The notes beneath the pieces are model-generated. The model saw only the letters and a list, made by a program, of their open reading frames with translations. It was not told where the DNA came from and did not search any database. Position numbers and translations under genes: made by a program. DNA of 64,000 bases from an uncultured delta proteobacterium. GTDB taxonomy: Bacteria > Desulfobacterota > Binatia > Binatales > Binataceae. Positions 20,664 to 31,298 of the stretch are shown here, piece after piece. Every line of letters begins with the position of its first letter. Within the stretch, counting starts at the first letter, position 1. The stretch lies in assembly GCA_963808235.1 (NCBI GenBank), contig CAWEEQ010000004.1, positions 3,648,001-3,712,000 of the forward strand, read 5' to 3'.

Positions 20664-21337
20664 TTCGCGGACGCAAAACGATCGGCGCGGGCGCATCACT
20701 CGCGCTTGCGCTCGCGGCGTCAATTCTGATCGCCGGATGCAGGCCGGACTCAGCGCTGGACTTCGGGCCGGTCGGCGAAATCTCCACGCCGCCCGAGGAT
20801 CCGCTGAGCCGCGATATTCTCCGCGATTTCGCGGGCAAGCAATTCGATCTTGGCGACAACGATCACGAGGCGCATGTCAGCCTGAAGGATTGGCCGCCGG
20901 GGCATCGCATCGTCCTGCCCTTCTGGCTCGGCGTGAACCCACTGTACTCCAGCTTTCTGCGCCCCAAGGTCGGACATATATATGTGATGAGCGAATCGAC
21001 GCTGGTCCGCCCGCTCGGCAACAACGAGTACCTGATTCGCGCGGGCTCGAAACTGTTCAAGAGCGACACGGTTTTCGAGGGGAGATCAACGCGATACGTG
21101 GGCATCGGCGCAATGCTCCCGACGGTAGTCCGCTTCGTCGGCACCCGAGTGATCACGGTGCCGCGCGACGCGCCATCAACCGGAACGATCACGGAGAAGG
21201 TGCCGGTACTGCGTGAAGTGTCGCTGCCAATGCATACCGCCGAGGAACTCCACGGCTACGCGAAGTTTGAAGTGATCGGCGCTGCGGCGCCGAATCGATC
21301 ATCGAAATCGTCCAGGACTCGATCCGGGACTCGATGA
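20660..21337 (+). CDS. Hypothetical lipoprotein (paralogue 2)
   Basis: ATGA overlap with previous gene, lipobox IAGC. Confidence 0.72.
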   Translation: MIRGRKTIGAGASLALALAASILIAGCRPDSALDFGPVGEISTPPEDPLSRDILRDFAGKQFDLGDNDHEAHVSLKDWPPGHRIVLPFWLGVNPLYSSFLRPKVGHIYVMSESTLVRPLGNNEYLIRAGSKLFKSDTVFEGRSTRYVGIGAMLPTVVRFVGTRVITVPRDAPSTGTITEKVPVLREVSLPMHTAEELHGYAKFEVIGAAAPNRSSKSSRTRSGTR

Positions 21338-21338
21338 A

Positions 21339-23339
21339 CTAAGAGTCTTCTGACTCTTGCAGAGTTGCGGTTTGGAGAAGGTCGGCGGGGACGTCTTCGA
21401 GGAAGCGGGAGACGCGGCCCATCACGAAGCCGAAGCTGCGGTCGAACATATATATGGGATACGAGAGGTAGAGTTCGTCGCGGGCGCGAGTGCTCGCGAC
21501 GTACATCAGGCGGCGCTCTTCTTCGAGTTCGTCGTCGCCGACGCTTTGCGGGCCGGGGAAGCGTCCGTCGGCGGCCCAGATCAGGAACACCACTTTCCAC
21601 TCGAGACCCTTGGCGGAGTGAATCGTGCTGAGCGTCAGGTACTCGTCGTCGGGGCCGGTGGCGAGCACGCCGTCGAGCGAGTCGCTGGGCGGCTCGAGCG
21701 CCATGTCGGAGAGCATCGCGTCGAGACTTTTGTAGCGCTCGGTGATGTTCTGGAAATGCTCGAGGTCGCGCTCGCGCTTGGGAAAGTCGTCGGGGTACGC
21801 CTCGCGCATCACGGGGATGTAGTATTCGAGCGTCATCGCGATTTGCTCGGCGGGGCGTTTTTCACCGCTGCGCAAATCCTTCAGCAACGCGGCGAGCCGC
21901 TTGAAGCCGGACTCGGCGCCGCCGCGAGCAGTGCCGCCGAGCTTTGCGATCGCGTCGGCAGGATCGTCGGATGCTACGAGCGCCTCGATCGTTCGCTCGG
22001 CGGTGCGATGCCCAATTCCCTTCATCAGCATCAGCACGCGCAGCCATGAGACCGCGTCACTGGGATTCGCGATGACGCGCAGATGCGCGAGCACGTCCTT
22101 GATGTGTGCGGTCTCGATAAACTTGAATCCGCCGCGCTTGATGAACGGGATGTCGCGGCGCTGGAGCTCGAGTTCGAGATCGAAAGAGTGAAAGCTCGAG
22201 CGGAACAGCACCGCGATCTCGGCGAGCTCGACGCCCTCTTCGCGAAGCTCCAGGATGCGTTGCGCGACGAAGCGCGATTGCATGTGCTCATCCTGGGCGC
22301 GCACCAGCACGGGGCGAAAGCCGCCTTCGCGCTGGGTGAACAGGGCCTTGGTGTACTTTTCGCCGGCGCGCGAAATCAGGTCGTTGGCGACGTCGAGGAT
22401 GCCTTGAAGCGAGCGGTAATTTTCCTCGAGCTTGACGATACGTGCGCCGGGGAAAATTGTCGGGAAGTCCATGATGTTGCGGAAGTTGGCGCCGCGAAAC
22501 GAATAGATCGACTGCGCATCGTCGCCGACCGCCATCACGTTGCTATGGCTCGAACCGAGCAGCCGCACCAGGTCGGCCTGGATCAGGTTGGTGTCCTGGT
22601 ACTCGTCGATCATGATGTAGCGATACGTGTCGGAGATCCGGCGGCGCACATTCTCGTGCTGTTCGAGCAGTTCCGCGAGCCGGTAGAGCAGGTCGTCGTA
22701 ATCGAGCAGGCCGCGCTCGCGTTTGTAGCTCTCGTAATTCTTCGCGAGATCCAGAAGCTCGGTCTGATGCTCGCCGAGATGCGGAAAATCCAGCTCGATT
22801 TCCTCTTCAAGCGGGCGGCGCTTGTTGCGCGCCATGCTGATTGCTTCTGCGATAGTGCTCTTCTTGGGGAAGCGGCGCTCGCGCGACCCGAGGCCCATCC
22901 GGGTCCGCAGCAGATTGACGACGTCTTCCATGTCGGAACGATCGAGGATGGTGAAGTTGGGCTTGAGGCCCATCGGAGCGCCCATCCGGCGCAGCACATT
23001 ATTTGCGAAGGAATGAAACGTGCCGCCCGCGACCGCGCCGGCGCGATCGCCGACCAGTTGCTCGGCGCGCCGGAGCATCTCCTGCGCCGCGCGTCGCGTG
23101 AAGGTAAGCAGGAGAATTGCGCCCGGCGGCACGCCACTCTCGATCAGGCGCGCGACTCGATAGATCAGCGTGCGCGTCTTGCCCGAGCCCGCGCCGGCGA
23201 CGACCAGCAGCGGTCCGTCGCGATGCGTCACCGCGTCGAGCTGCGCGGGATTCAGCAAGTCCGCGTACTTGATCTTGAAGTTGCGCTCGTCGGCGGGCGA
23301 CGCCGGCTTTTCGCGCAGATAGATTACCTTGTCGGCCAC
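21339..23339 (-). CDS. UvrD/PcrA/Rep family ATP-dependent helicase
   Basis: AGAGSGKT, DEYQD, GDDAQSIYSFRGA, TIHSAKGLEW, EERRLMYVA. Confidence 0.95.
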   Translation of the reverse strand: MADKVIYLREKPASPADERNFKIKYADLLNPAQLDAVTHRDGPLLVVAGAGSGKTRTLIYRVARLIESGVPPGAILLLTFTRRAAQEMLRRAEQLVGDRAGAVAGGTFHSFANNVLRRMGAPMGLKPNFTILDRSDMEDVVNLLRTRMGLGSRERRFPKKSTIAEAISMARNKRRPLEEEIELDFPHLGEHQTELLDLAKNYESYKRERGLLDYDDLLYRLAELLEQHENVRRRISDTYRYIMIDEYQDTNLIQADLVRLLGSSHSNVMAVGDDAQSIYSFRGANFRNIMDFPTIFPGARIVKLEENYRSLQGILDVANDLISRAGEKYTKALFTQREGGFRPVLVRAQDEHMQSRFVAQRILELREEGVELAEIAVLFRSSFHSFDLELELQRRDIPFIKRGGFKFIETAHIKDVLAHLRVIANPSDAVSWLRVLMLMKGIGHRTAERTIEALVASDDPADAIAKLGGTARGGAESGFKRLAALLKDLRSGEKRPAEQIAMTLEYYIPVMREAYPDDFPKRERDLEHFQNITERYKSLDAMLSDMALEPPSDSLDGVLATGPDDEYLTLSTIHSAKGLEWKVVFLIWAADGRFPGPQSVGDDELEEERRLMYVASTRARDELYLSYPIYMFDRSFGFVMGRVSRFLEDVPADLLQTATLQESEDS

Positions 23340-23390
23340 GTCGAGCGGATCTTACCACGTCGCGCGCCGCGAAATTAACCAAGGAGAAAG

Positions 23391-23422
23391 AAGCCCGAAA
23401 CCCTTTCTCGGGTTTCGGACTT
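23391..23422 (-). terminator. Hairpin downstream of the Tyr/Asn/Ser/Gly-rich lipoprotein gene
   Basis: AAGCCCGAAACCC-TTTCTC-GGGTTTCGGACTT followed by a pyrimidine tract on minus strand. Confidence 0.55.
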
Positions 23423-23466
23423 GGTGTCGGGGAAAGGTGTGCGCCGCGCGCGGTCAGGGCACGACG

Positions 23467-23892
23467 TTAGTTTTTCTCAGAGCGACCTGACGGCTCGGAA
23501 TCTTTGCGCGAATAGGTGTTGCGATCGACGCTCGAGTGCTCGGCGCGCGTGTCCGCGTGATTGGTGACTACTGCCTCATGCTGGTCGGCATGCCGATCGC
23601 GATTTTCATCGACGCGTACTCCATTCCGATATCCCGAATTATACGCATTCCCATATCGATATCCTGAATTATACGAATTCCCATAATTTTGCGGATACGA
23701 ATAACCACTACTGTAGCCACTGTAAGGATAGGAACTTCCGTAGCTGTTATAGCTGCTATTGTAACCGCTGTTGTAGCCGTAAGGGTCGCCAGAATAACCT
23801 GAGCCACCGCCGCCAAAACAACCTGCGGCCAGCGTCGCAGTCAGTATTCCGCCCAACACCATCGTGAGTCTTCGAGAGATAATCGTTTTCAT
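23467..23892 (-). CDS. Lipoprotein with Y/N/S/G low-complexity repeats
   Basis: Lipobox LAAGC followed by YNSG-type repeats. Confidence 0.7.
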   Translation of the reverse strand: MKTIISRRLTMVLGGILTATLAAGCFGGGGSGYSGDPYGYNSGYNSSYNSYGSSYPYSGYSSGYSYPQNYGNSYNSGYRYGNAYNSGYRNGVRVDENRDRHADQHEAVVTNHADTRAEHSSVDRNTYSRKDSEPSGRSEKN

Positions 23893-24277
23893 AGCGTCCG
23901 TTGAGGAGCCTCACTCAGAGCCTTTCCTTTTGCGATTCGGATTGGTCTAGCGGAACGTGGTCAAAGGCGAGTGGAAGGGCCACTGTCGGGCTGGATCAAA
24001 GTTGACCTCCGCTCATTTTCGGAAGTCTAACAACTCGGAGTATATTTCAAGTATATGAAAGAAGTCAAAAGCAGACTGCGCCAATTAGTTAATGAGTATA
24101 TAGTCCAAATGTACAATACTCGGCACAATAGCTACTCATTTTGTTTAAGTGTTGACTAGTCGGAACCTGGCAAACGTAAGGTTTGGTTATTTCAGGAACG
24201 ATCGACCGCGAACCGCATACATGATCTCCGACCAGCAGTGATAACGTGACTCGTGAAGGGTACTGCAAGGAGAATCT

Positions 24278-24427
24278 ATGTTGTTACTGATTATCTTACT
24301 GGTTCTGCTGTTTGGTGGTGGCGGTGGCTACTACGGTTACAGAAGCTACGGTTTTGGCGGCGGACTCGCGCCAATCCTGATTGTAATCCTGGTCGTCTTC
24401 CTGCTCGTGGGCAGAGGCGGTCTCTGA
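24278..24427 (+). CDS. DUF3309-like small membrane protein (49 aa)
   Basis: AGGAG RBS; MLLLIILLVLLFGGGGGYYGYRSYGFGGGLAPILIVILVVFLLVGRGGL; not in ORF track. Confidence 0.8.
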   Translation: MLLLIILLVLLFGGGGGYYGYRSYGFGGGLAPILIVILVVFLLVGRGGL

Positions 24428-24430
24428 GCC

Positions 24431-26218
24431 TTATTTGAGCCCGAGCTTCTTGACCCGGGTACTTAGCGTGCTCGGTTTGATTCCGAGCAACTCCGCGGCG
24501 CCGCTGTGTCCATAGATTCTGCCGCCGCTACGTTTCAGAGCGGCAACCATGTTGTCCCGCGCCTGGCGTCTCATTTCCTTATCCGGGATCACCTCAGACT
24601 CTTCCGATGATGTAGATTCATGGGCGGGTGCGGACGATCGTGGCTGGTTGGACGGGCTTGATTCATTGCGTCCCGGAATATCCAACCGAAGCGACCCTGA
24701 ACGCGACGCGATCACGGCCCGCTCGATCACGTTTTGCAGTTCACGGACGTTTCCCGGCCAATCGTAGTTCTGTAGTTGCCGGAGCTGGCTCGCCGAGAGG
24801 CGCAGGCCCGATCGATTGAACCGCTTGGATGCCGCCTTGAGAAAATGCGTCGCGAGCACTGGGATGTCGTCCGCGCGCTCGCGCAATGGAGGTACCTCGA
24901 TCGGGAAAACGCTCAGCCGGTAGTAAAGGTCCTCACGAAATCGGCGCTCGCGGACCAGACTTTTGAGGTCGCGATTAGTCGCGGCAATGATGCGCACGTT
25001 GACCCGCCGCGTGCGGTTATCGCCGACCGCCTCAAATTCGCCGTCCTGCAGAACCCGGAGCAGCTTGGGCTGCATCGCCGGTGGCAAATCGCCTATCTCA
25101 TCAAGAAAAAGTGTGCCGCCGTCGGCAAGCTGAAAGCGGCCGATACGATCTGCCGAGGCTCCCGTGAACGCTCCCTTGAGGTGGCCGAAAAACTCACTCT
25201 CAAACAGCTCGCGAGGAATTGCGGTGCAATTGATCTTAACGATTGGACGATCGCGGCGCGGGCTGCTTTCATGAATTGCGCGGGCCACCAGTTCCTTGCC
25301 GACTCCAGTCTCGCCAAGGATCAGTACACTCGCATCGGTGAGAGCGACCGTTTCGATTTGCTCCAGAACGCGATGCAATCCGGCGCTGGCGCCCAAAAGT
25401 TTAAGGTTGCCCGAAGCCTCTCTTACTTCCTGGCGCAGGTAGGCGTTCTCCGACTCGAGCCGTTGACGGAGTTTGGTTACTTCCCCCAGCGCGTTTCTAA
25501 GCTGCTCGTTAACCGCGGTGAGTTCGCCGGTCCGCTCGATGACGCGCCGCTCAAGAACCTCATTCAGCCGCTTTATCTCTGACTTCGCCTGCCTGAGCTC
25601 AGGAGTCTCGAGAACCTCCCAGAGCCCGTTGCGTCTCGCCACCATGAGTTGATGCGTACGGGCGACATCCAGGACTTCGGCAGCGCCGCAGGCCGCTACC
25701 GGGTAGCTACATATGCAAGTCATGGCCAGGTTAGCGATGGACTCGTCGAGTTTCCTTTCGTAGTCGTTGAAGTCCTTCCAGTCTTTTTTCTTCAGCCAGA
25801 CTGTACCGCCGGTCACTCGCATTCCGCAGTAGCCACGGCTTAGTGCGTCGCTGAGTTTCTCGTTCCAACCTCTTATGACCCTATCGAGATCTTTGGGACC
25901 GCCTCCGAGGTACCATGCGCGGTCCGAAACGATTTCCATGCTTCGATCGGCGAAGTGGCGCTCGAGGTCGGGCGTAGCCTGCCGCAACGCCTCGATGGCT
26001 TCCTGCTCGGTGACATCGGAAACCACCCAAAAGCAGAACTCCTTACTTTTCAACCCGGCTTTGAAATAGGGGACCAACGTTTCGAGAAGGTCCTCTTTGG
26101 TGTCATAGAAGTGACAGAGGTGCGTCCCCCAGGGCATGGCACCGACGACATCGATTCCAGAATCTCTCAGCTCCGATTCCATTGCGGTCTCGTGCGACCT
26201 CTGGACCTCTGCGACCAT
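24431..26218 (-). CDS. sigma54-dependent activator: MEDS sensor + AAA+ + HTH
   Basis: [10 protein letters not shown] (MEDS), [25 protein letters not shown]-terminal HTH. Confidence 0.92.
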   Translation of the reverse strand: MVAEVQRSHETAMESELRDSGIDVVGAMPWGTHLCHFYDTKEDLLETLVPYFKAGLKSKEFCFWVVSDVTEQEAIEALRQATPDLERHFADRSMEIVSDRAWYLGGGPKDLDRVIRGWNEKLSDALSRGYCGMRVTGGTVWLKKKDWKDFNDYERKLDESIANLAMTCICSYPVAACGAAEVLDVARTHQLMVARRNGLWEVLETPELRQAKSEIKRLNEVLERRVIERTGELTAVNEQLRNALGEVTKLRQRLESENAYLRQEVREASGNLKLLGASAGLHRVLEQIETVALTDASVLILGETGVGKELVARAIHESSPRRDRPIVKINCTAIPRELFESEFFGHLKGAFTGASADRIGRFQLADGGTLFLDEIGDLPPAMQPKLLRVLQDGEFEAVGDNRTRRVNVRIIAATNRDLKSLVRERRFREDLYYRLSVFPIEVPPLRERADDIPVLATHFLKAASKRFNRSGLRLSASQLRQLQNYDWPGNVRELQNVIERAVIASRSGSLRLDIPGRNESSPSNQPRSSAPAHESTSSEESEVIPDKEMRRQARDNMVAALKRSGGRIYGHSGAAELLGIKPSTLSTRVKKLGLK

Positions 26219-26311
26219 AACCTCATTGTCTCACGGTCTCACGCATCTGGCATCGAGCTAACTTAGTCTGGTGTCCTCGCATCGGTCCAGGCATAGACGC
26301 ACCATCAGATG

Positions 26312-26362
26312 CGCAACGGAATATCGCTGCGAGTTTGGATGACGCAACGGAACTTCGTCGCG
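26312..26362. promoter_or_regulatory. Two putative enhancer (UAS) sites
   Basis: CGCAACG-GAATAT-CGCTGCG and CGCAACG-GAACTT-CGTCGCG, imperfect palindromes starting 31 bp apart. Confidence 0.65.
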
Positions 26363-26425
26363 ATGCTAAATATATACAAGCTGTAGTATATTTAGTTTAG
26401 ACGAAGTTTTATTATCTTAATGACG

Positions 26426-26441
26426 TGGCACGGACCGTGCT
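26426..26441 (+). promoter_or_regulatory. sigma54 -24/-12 promoter
   Basis: TGGCACG-GACC-GTGCT, preceded by an AT-rich tract. Confidence 0.75.
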
Positions 26442-26534
26442 CCGATTCTGATGACGGTCACGCCACAGTAGTTGCTTTCCCTCTGAAAATTTTTAATCCG
26501 GGATGCGCCGCAAGGAGTACGAACCGCAGCCGAG

Positions 26535-26813
26535 ATGTCCAGGAAGAACAATGGTATTCACAAGCGTGAGCAGAGCGAATCGACTTATTTCGAGATCGAT
26601 CGATCCACCGTGGCCCGTGACCTGAAGAACCTCAGAAGTGCAATCGAGGATGGTGCGAAACAGATCGAGATGGTAGCTGCCGAGCGAGTATTTGATCAGT
26701 CACTTTCTCAAGCGCTCGTGCAGAAAGCGCGCGAGTTGCACCTGGTCGCAAGAGATTTGAACGGGCTCCTACGTTTGGTCGAACGCGCTCGCATGCCGAA
26801 GAGGTCGAAGTGA
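26535..26813 (+). CDS. Small helical hypothetical protein
   Basis: 92-aa ORF downstream of the sigma54 promoter; amphipathic helices. Confidence 0.65.
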   Translation: MSRKNNGIHKREQSESTYFEIDRSTVARDLKNLRSAIEDGAKQIEMVAAERVFDQSLSQALVQKARELHLVARDLNGLLRLVERARMPKRSK

Positions 26814-26889
26814 CCCGAGCCATGAGGAACTGGAAACGCACGCGGGCGCCATCTCTGACGCCCGCGTGGATCAATGCTTGCGATTCCGG

Positions 26890-27921
26890 CTACTGGAGCT
26901 GAATCTGCGCGATTTGCGCGGTCTCCTTCTGCACCACCTCGGCCGGAAGCGGCGCGTATTTCAGATCCGGCGCGTACTTCTGACCGTCGGTAAGCGCCCA
27001 ATGCAGGAACTTTACGATCTGCTCGCCGGTCTCCTTGTTGGTCTGCTTCTGATAAACGAGCAGCCAGGTGAATGATGAGATCGGATACGCATCGGCGCCC
27101 GGCGCGTCCGTGATCGACACGCGGAAGTCGGCCGGCATGTTCCCCGCCGCCGACGCGGCCGCCGCCGTCACTCCTCCCAGGTTCGCCTCCACCCAGTTGC
27201 CAGCCTTGTTCTGGATCGTGGCATACGGGATGTGATTGTTGAGCGCGTAGATCAGCTCGACGTATCCGATCGCGCCGGGAGTTTGCTGTATCAGCGCCGT
27301 CACGCCCTCGTTGCCTTTGCCGCCGAGACCCGCCGGCCACTTGACCGAAGTTCCCTTACCCACGTCCGACGCCCAGCCGGGGCTGACCTTGGACAAGTAG
27401 TCGACGAAAATATATGTCGTGCCGCTGCCGTCCGAGCGATGGCATACCACGATGTCGGTGGAAGGGATCGTAGCGCCGGGATTGAGCTCTTTGATCTTAT
27501 CGTCATCCCACTTGGTAATCTTGCCCATGAAGATGTCGGCGATCACCGGTCCGGTCAGGCGCAGCGTACCGGTGAAGCCCGGCAGATTGTAGGCGACCAC
27601 GTCCGCGCCCATCACCGAGGGGAAGTGGAGAATCTTCGCGGGTGCATCGGAGAGCTGCTGATCGGTCAGCGGCGCATCGCTCGCGCCTACGTCGACGGTG
27701 CGATTCGAGAGCATCCGGATTCCGCCGCCCGAGCCGATCGATTGGTAGTTGAATTTGATCCCCGGATTTTCCTTCGCGTAAACGTCAAACCACTTCGAGT
27801 AAATCGGGTAAGGGAAGGTCGCGCCGGCGCCGTTTATCAACTGATCGGCGAAACCGGAGCGGCCGATTCCTGCGACCGCCAGCGTGATTAGCAGTGCCGT
27901 GATAATTCGTCGCTTGTGCAT
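26890..27921 (-). CDS. pstS: Phosphate ABC transporter substrate-binding protein
   Basis: GAGATFPYP, GSGGG, HRSDGSGTT, GKGNEGV, YPISSFTW. Confidence 0.96.
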   Translation of the reverse strand: MHKRRIITALLITLAVAGIGRSGFADQLINGAGATFPYPIYSKWFDVYAKENPGIKFNYQSIGSGGGIRMLSNRTVDVGASDAPLTDQQLSDAPAKILHFPSVMGADVVAYNLPGFTGTLRLTGPVIADIFMGKITKWDDDKIKELNPGATIPSTDIVVCHRSDGSGTTYIFVDYLSKVSPGWASDVGKGTSVKWPAGLGGKGNEGVTALIQQTPGAIGYVELIYALNNHIPYATIQNKAGNWVEANLGGVTAAAASAAGNMPADFRVSITDAPGADAYPISSFTWLLVYQKQTNKETGEQIVKFLHWALTDGQKYAPDLKYAPLPAEVVQKETAQIAQIQLQ

Positions 27922-27999
27922 TTTCTTGAATTCCCCTCGAAGCTAGCCGTTAGCATTCCAACGCAGCACCCCGGATGCCGCATGCTGGAAGCTATGCAT

Positions 28000-28021
28000 C
28001 CAAGATTAACGGAGGATGAAC
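28000..28021 (-). promoter_or_regulatory. Possible Pho-box-like 11-bp direct repeat
   Basis: GTTCATCCTCC-GTTAATCTTGG upstream of pstS. Confidence 0.3.
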
Positions 28022-28137
28022 CCGCCGTGTCTGCGGTTTGAATTCCCACTGGGTTGAATTTCACGATTCAATGATAGCCGCGCCGACGTTTGCTTTTTTC
28101 CGCTTTTATCAGTGAAGCTGGCGGCAGAATTGATGCG

Positions 28138-30457
28138 ATGACCCGGGCACTTGACGATATAAACGTGGTCGAATTCGACGCCCACCTGGGCGGCGCGTAC
28201 GCCGCGATGCTGCTGGCGGAAAACGGCGCGCGCACAATCAAGGTTGAAGCGCGTGGAGGCTCGCCACTTCGCGGCACTCCACATTTCCACGTACTGAACC
28301 GATCGAAGCGGGTGCTCCAACTCGATCTCGACGTGAGCGCGTCGGTTACGCCGGTCACGGAACTGCTCCAATGGGCCGACGTGGTGATCACCGGCTTCAC
28401 GCCCGGCCGGCTCGCGAATTTGCACCTCGACTACGAATCGATTCGGCGCATCAATCCGCGCGCGATTGCACTCAGCATGCCTCCGCTCGGCAGCCGCGGA
28501 CCCGACGCCGACTTTGCGGCGAACGACGAGCTGGTCGCGGCACGGAGCGGAATCACCGGCAGCCAATGGGCTCGCAGCGGCGATCCGGTGGCGCTCGTGT
28601 TCCCCGCGGCGAGTTATTCGGCGGGCGTGATGGGCGCGAGTGCAGCCACTGCGGCCGTCGTTGCGCGCGGCGCCGACGGCGTTGGCCAGGCGCTCGAGGT
28701 CTCGCTGCTTGCGGGCGCGTTCTCTTTGCAGACCGGCGGAATTCTGCGCCACGAAAAGATGACCAGCCTCTATCATGGTCCGCAGGATCCGCTCGGTCCA
28801 ATTCCCTGCTATCGCCTGTTCGAGGCGGCCGACGGCAAATTTCTCTTCGTCGCGTGCGGCAACTCCACCTTCTGGGGCAAGTTTACGATCGCGATCGACC
28901 GTCCCGATCTGGTCGCCGACCCCCGCTTCGAGAACGCGCCGTGGGGTATCGCGGCCGAACACTGGCAACCGCTCAAAGACATCATCGAGCCGATCATTCG
29001 CACACGACCGCGCGAAGAATGGCTTCAGCATCCTGCGCGAGGCCGACGTTCCATGCGCACCCGTGATGACTCGCCACGAGTTCATCGAGCACGCGCAGGT
29101 CCGCGCGCTCGGGATGCGCCGGGAAATCGACGATCCTGCGCTCGGCCGCACCATCCAGATGGGACTGCCCGTATTTCTCAATGACACGCCCGGCGAAATC
29201 GTCGGGCCCGCGCCCGCCCCCGGCGATGATCGCGCGGCGCTGGAATGGCTCCGCGAAGCGAAGCGTGACAACCCGCAACTATCGAAGGCAACGCACAAAA
29301 CGCGGCCTCCTCTTGACGGCGTGACGGTGCTCGACTTCGCGAGCTACATCGCGGGTTCCTACGGTCCGATGATTCTCGCTCAACTCGGCGCCAAGGTCAT
29401 AAAAATCGAAAGCCTCGAAGGCGATTCGTTTCGTCATTTCGGTTTCGGCTTCCTCGGCTGGAATCAGGGCAAGCGCGGCCTTTCGCTCAATCTCGCGAGT
29501 CCCGAGGGGCGCGAAATCATCCACGGCCTCGCAGACAAGGCCGACATCGTGGTGGAAAATCTTCGTCCCGGCCGGATGCGTAAATTCGGCTTCGACTACG
29601 AGAGCCTGGCCGCGCGCAACCCGCGCATCATCTATATGTCGGTCAACGCGTTCGGAAATCGCGGACCTGAGCACAATCAGCCGGGCTTCGACCCTCTGCT
29701 GCAGGCGCGGTCCGGCGTGATGGCGGCGCAGGGCGGCCATCATGGACATCCTGTGTACCTGACCTGCGCGATCTGCGATTACGGCGCCGCGATGCTCTCC
29801 GCGCTCGGATGCGTGCTCGCTCTTCGCGCGCGCCAACTCACCGGCCGTGGCCAGTTCTGCGAGACCTCGCTGCTGCAATCCGCGATGGCGTTTCAGGCCG
29901 GCGAGTTCATCTTCTATGCGGGTCGCCCGGACCTGGAAGACAGCACGGCCGAAAACCGGGGACGCTCGGCAGTGTCGCGCGCATACAAGTGCCGCGATAG
30001 TCAGTGGCTATTCATTTCATTAGCCAGTGATTCTCAATGGAACGCACTCCGGACAATATTTCCAGAAATCCCGAATACCACATGGACGACGGCTGCGACG
30101 GAATCTAACGAAGGCGCGCTCGCCGCGACACTCGCAGAAACATTCGCGAAACTCGATCGCGCCAACGCGCTTGCGGCACTCAACCAGGCACGCGTTCCCG
30201 CCACTCAAGTGAATCACTTCCGCGACCTGTTCGAAGACTCGCAGGTGCTGGCCAACGATCTAATCGCGGAACTGCCGCATTCCGACTGGGGCAACGTGAA
30301 ACAAACAGGGATGCTGATGAAGTTCTCCGCGACGCCCGGCACGATCGAGCGCTCCGGCCCTCGACTCGGCGAGCACACCGATGAAATCCTCCGCGAGTAC
30401 CTTGGCTACCGGCCCGACAAAATCGCCGCGCTGCGCGCCGCCGGTATCATCAAGTAG
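28138..30457 (+). CDS. Tandem two-domain family III CoA-transferase (CaiB/BaiF), frameshift near 29023
   Basis: Two copies of the fold (LNRSKR / WNQGKR, PGFD, PRLGEHT); frames join as EEW/SILREAD. Confidence 0.85.
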
Positions 30458-30463
30458 TCGGCG

Positions 30464-31015
30464 ATGGATCCCGAGGCGGCCGCCGTCATCACCCCGCATC
30501 TGCTGGTGCGCGAGGAGCTGCTCTGGTGCGGACGCCCGCATGATACGATCGCGCTGCGATGGCGCGCAGGCGCGATTACTCTGGTTGGAATCGCCGCACT
30601 GACGATGCGTTCCTTGCCGCTCGATTCCAGTCTCGCAGAGCGTGCTGACACCAATTCAGTTCTGTTGATGCTGCTGGTTCCCGTTCTGGTCGCGGAAGCG
30701 ATCGTCTTCCATACTTATCTGTCGAAGACGTTTTACGGCGTCACCAATCAACGCGTGATCATCGTGTCAGGTTTGAGAGAGCTGGAAATGGTCGGCGTCC
30801 TGCTGGATCGCCTCAACACTACGCAACTCCGCGCGCGGCGCATCCTCCGTCACATTGAATTGAGCATACCGACGGAGCGAACCACGTTTCTTCCATTCAC
30901 AAACCCTTCAGTGCGGCCGAATTGGACCGGAAGCGAATGTTATCGGCTGCTCGGGCTTGAAGACGCACGCCGCGTGTGCGACTTGATATTGGAATCTGCG
31001 CACAAACTGGATTAG
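30464..31015 (+). CDS. Membrane protein with bacterial PH-like domain
   Basis: EELLWCGRP, two TMs, YGVTNQRVII. Confidence 0.6.
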   Translation: MDPEAAAVITPHLLVREELLWCGRPHDTIALRWRAGAITLVGIAALTMRSLPLDSSLAERADTNSVLLMLLVPVLVAEAIVFHTYLSKTFYGVTNQRVIIVSGLRELEMVGVLLDRLNTTQLRARRILRHIELSIPTERTTFLPFTNPSVRPNWTGSECYRLLGLEDARRVCDLILESAHKLD

Positions 31016-31034
31016 TCGAATCGGAGACAAACCT

Positions 31035-31250
31035 ATGCCACTAGTCACTCACGAAACCGTCAAGCAGGTGTTGCGCGATCTCTACGGCTACGAGATCTCG
31101 GACTCCGACGCACATTCGATCGCGCACAGCGCGGGCGCGATGCTCGCCCTGGCCGGCCATCTCAGCTCGATTGGCCTAAGCGGCATCGAACCTCCTTTCG
31201 GGTACCAAGTCCTCACCTCAGAAGCGACGCGGCTGAACCGGGCCAAGTAG
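31035..31250 (+). CDS. Small GatC/AtzG-like amidase partner
   Basis: GGAG RBS; 71 aa with EPP motif, directly upstream of amidase. Confidence 0.6.
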   Translation: MPLVTHETVKQVLRDLYGYEISDSDAHSIAHSAGAMLALAGHLSSIGLSGIEPPFGYQVLTSEATRLNRAK

Positions 31251-31298
31251 TAATATCGACACTAGTAACACCCTATACTTACTTCGAGGAACACTACT

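Noticed and set aside
24253-24438. 61-aa ORF-track entry MKGTARR...
   Set aside because: The overlapping frame 24278-24427 has an RBS and a recognisable DUF3309-like pattern.
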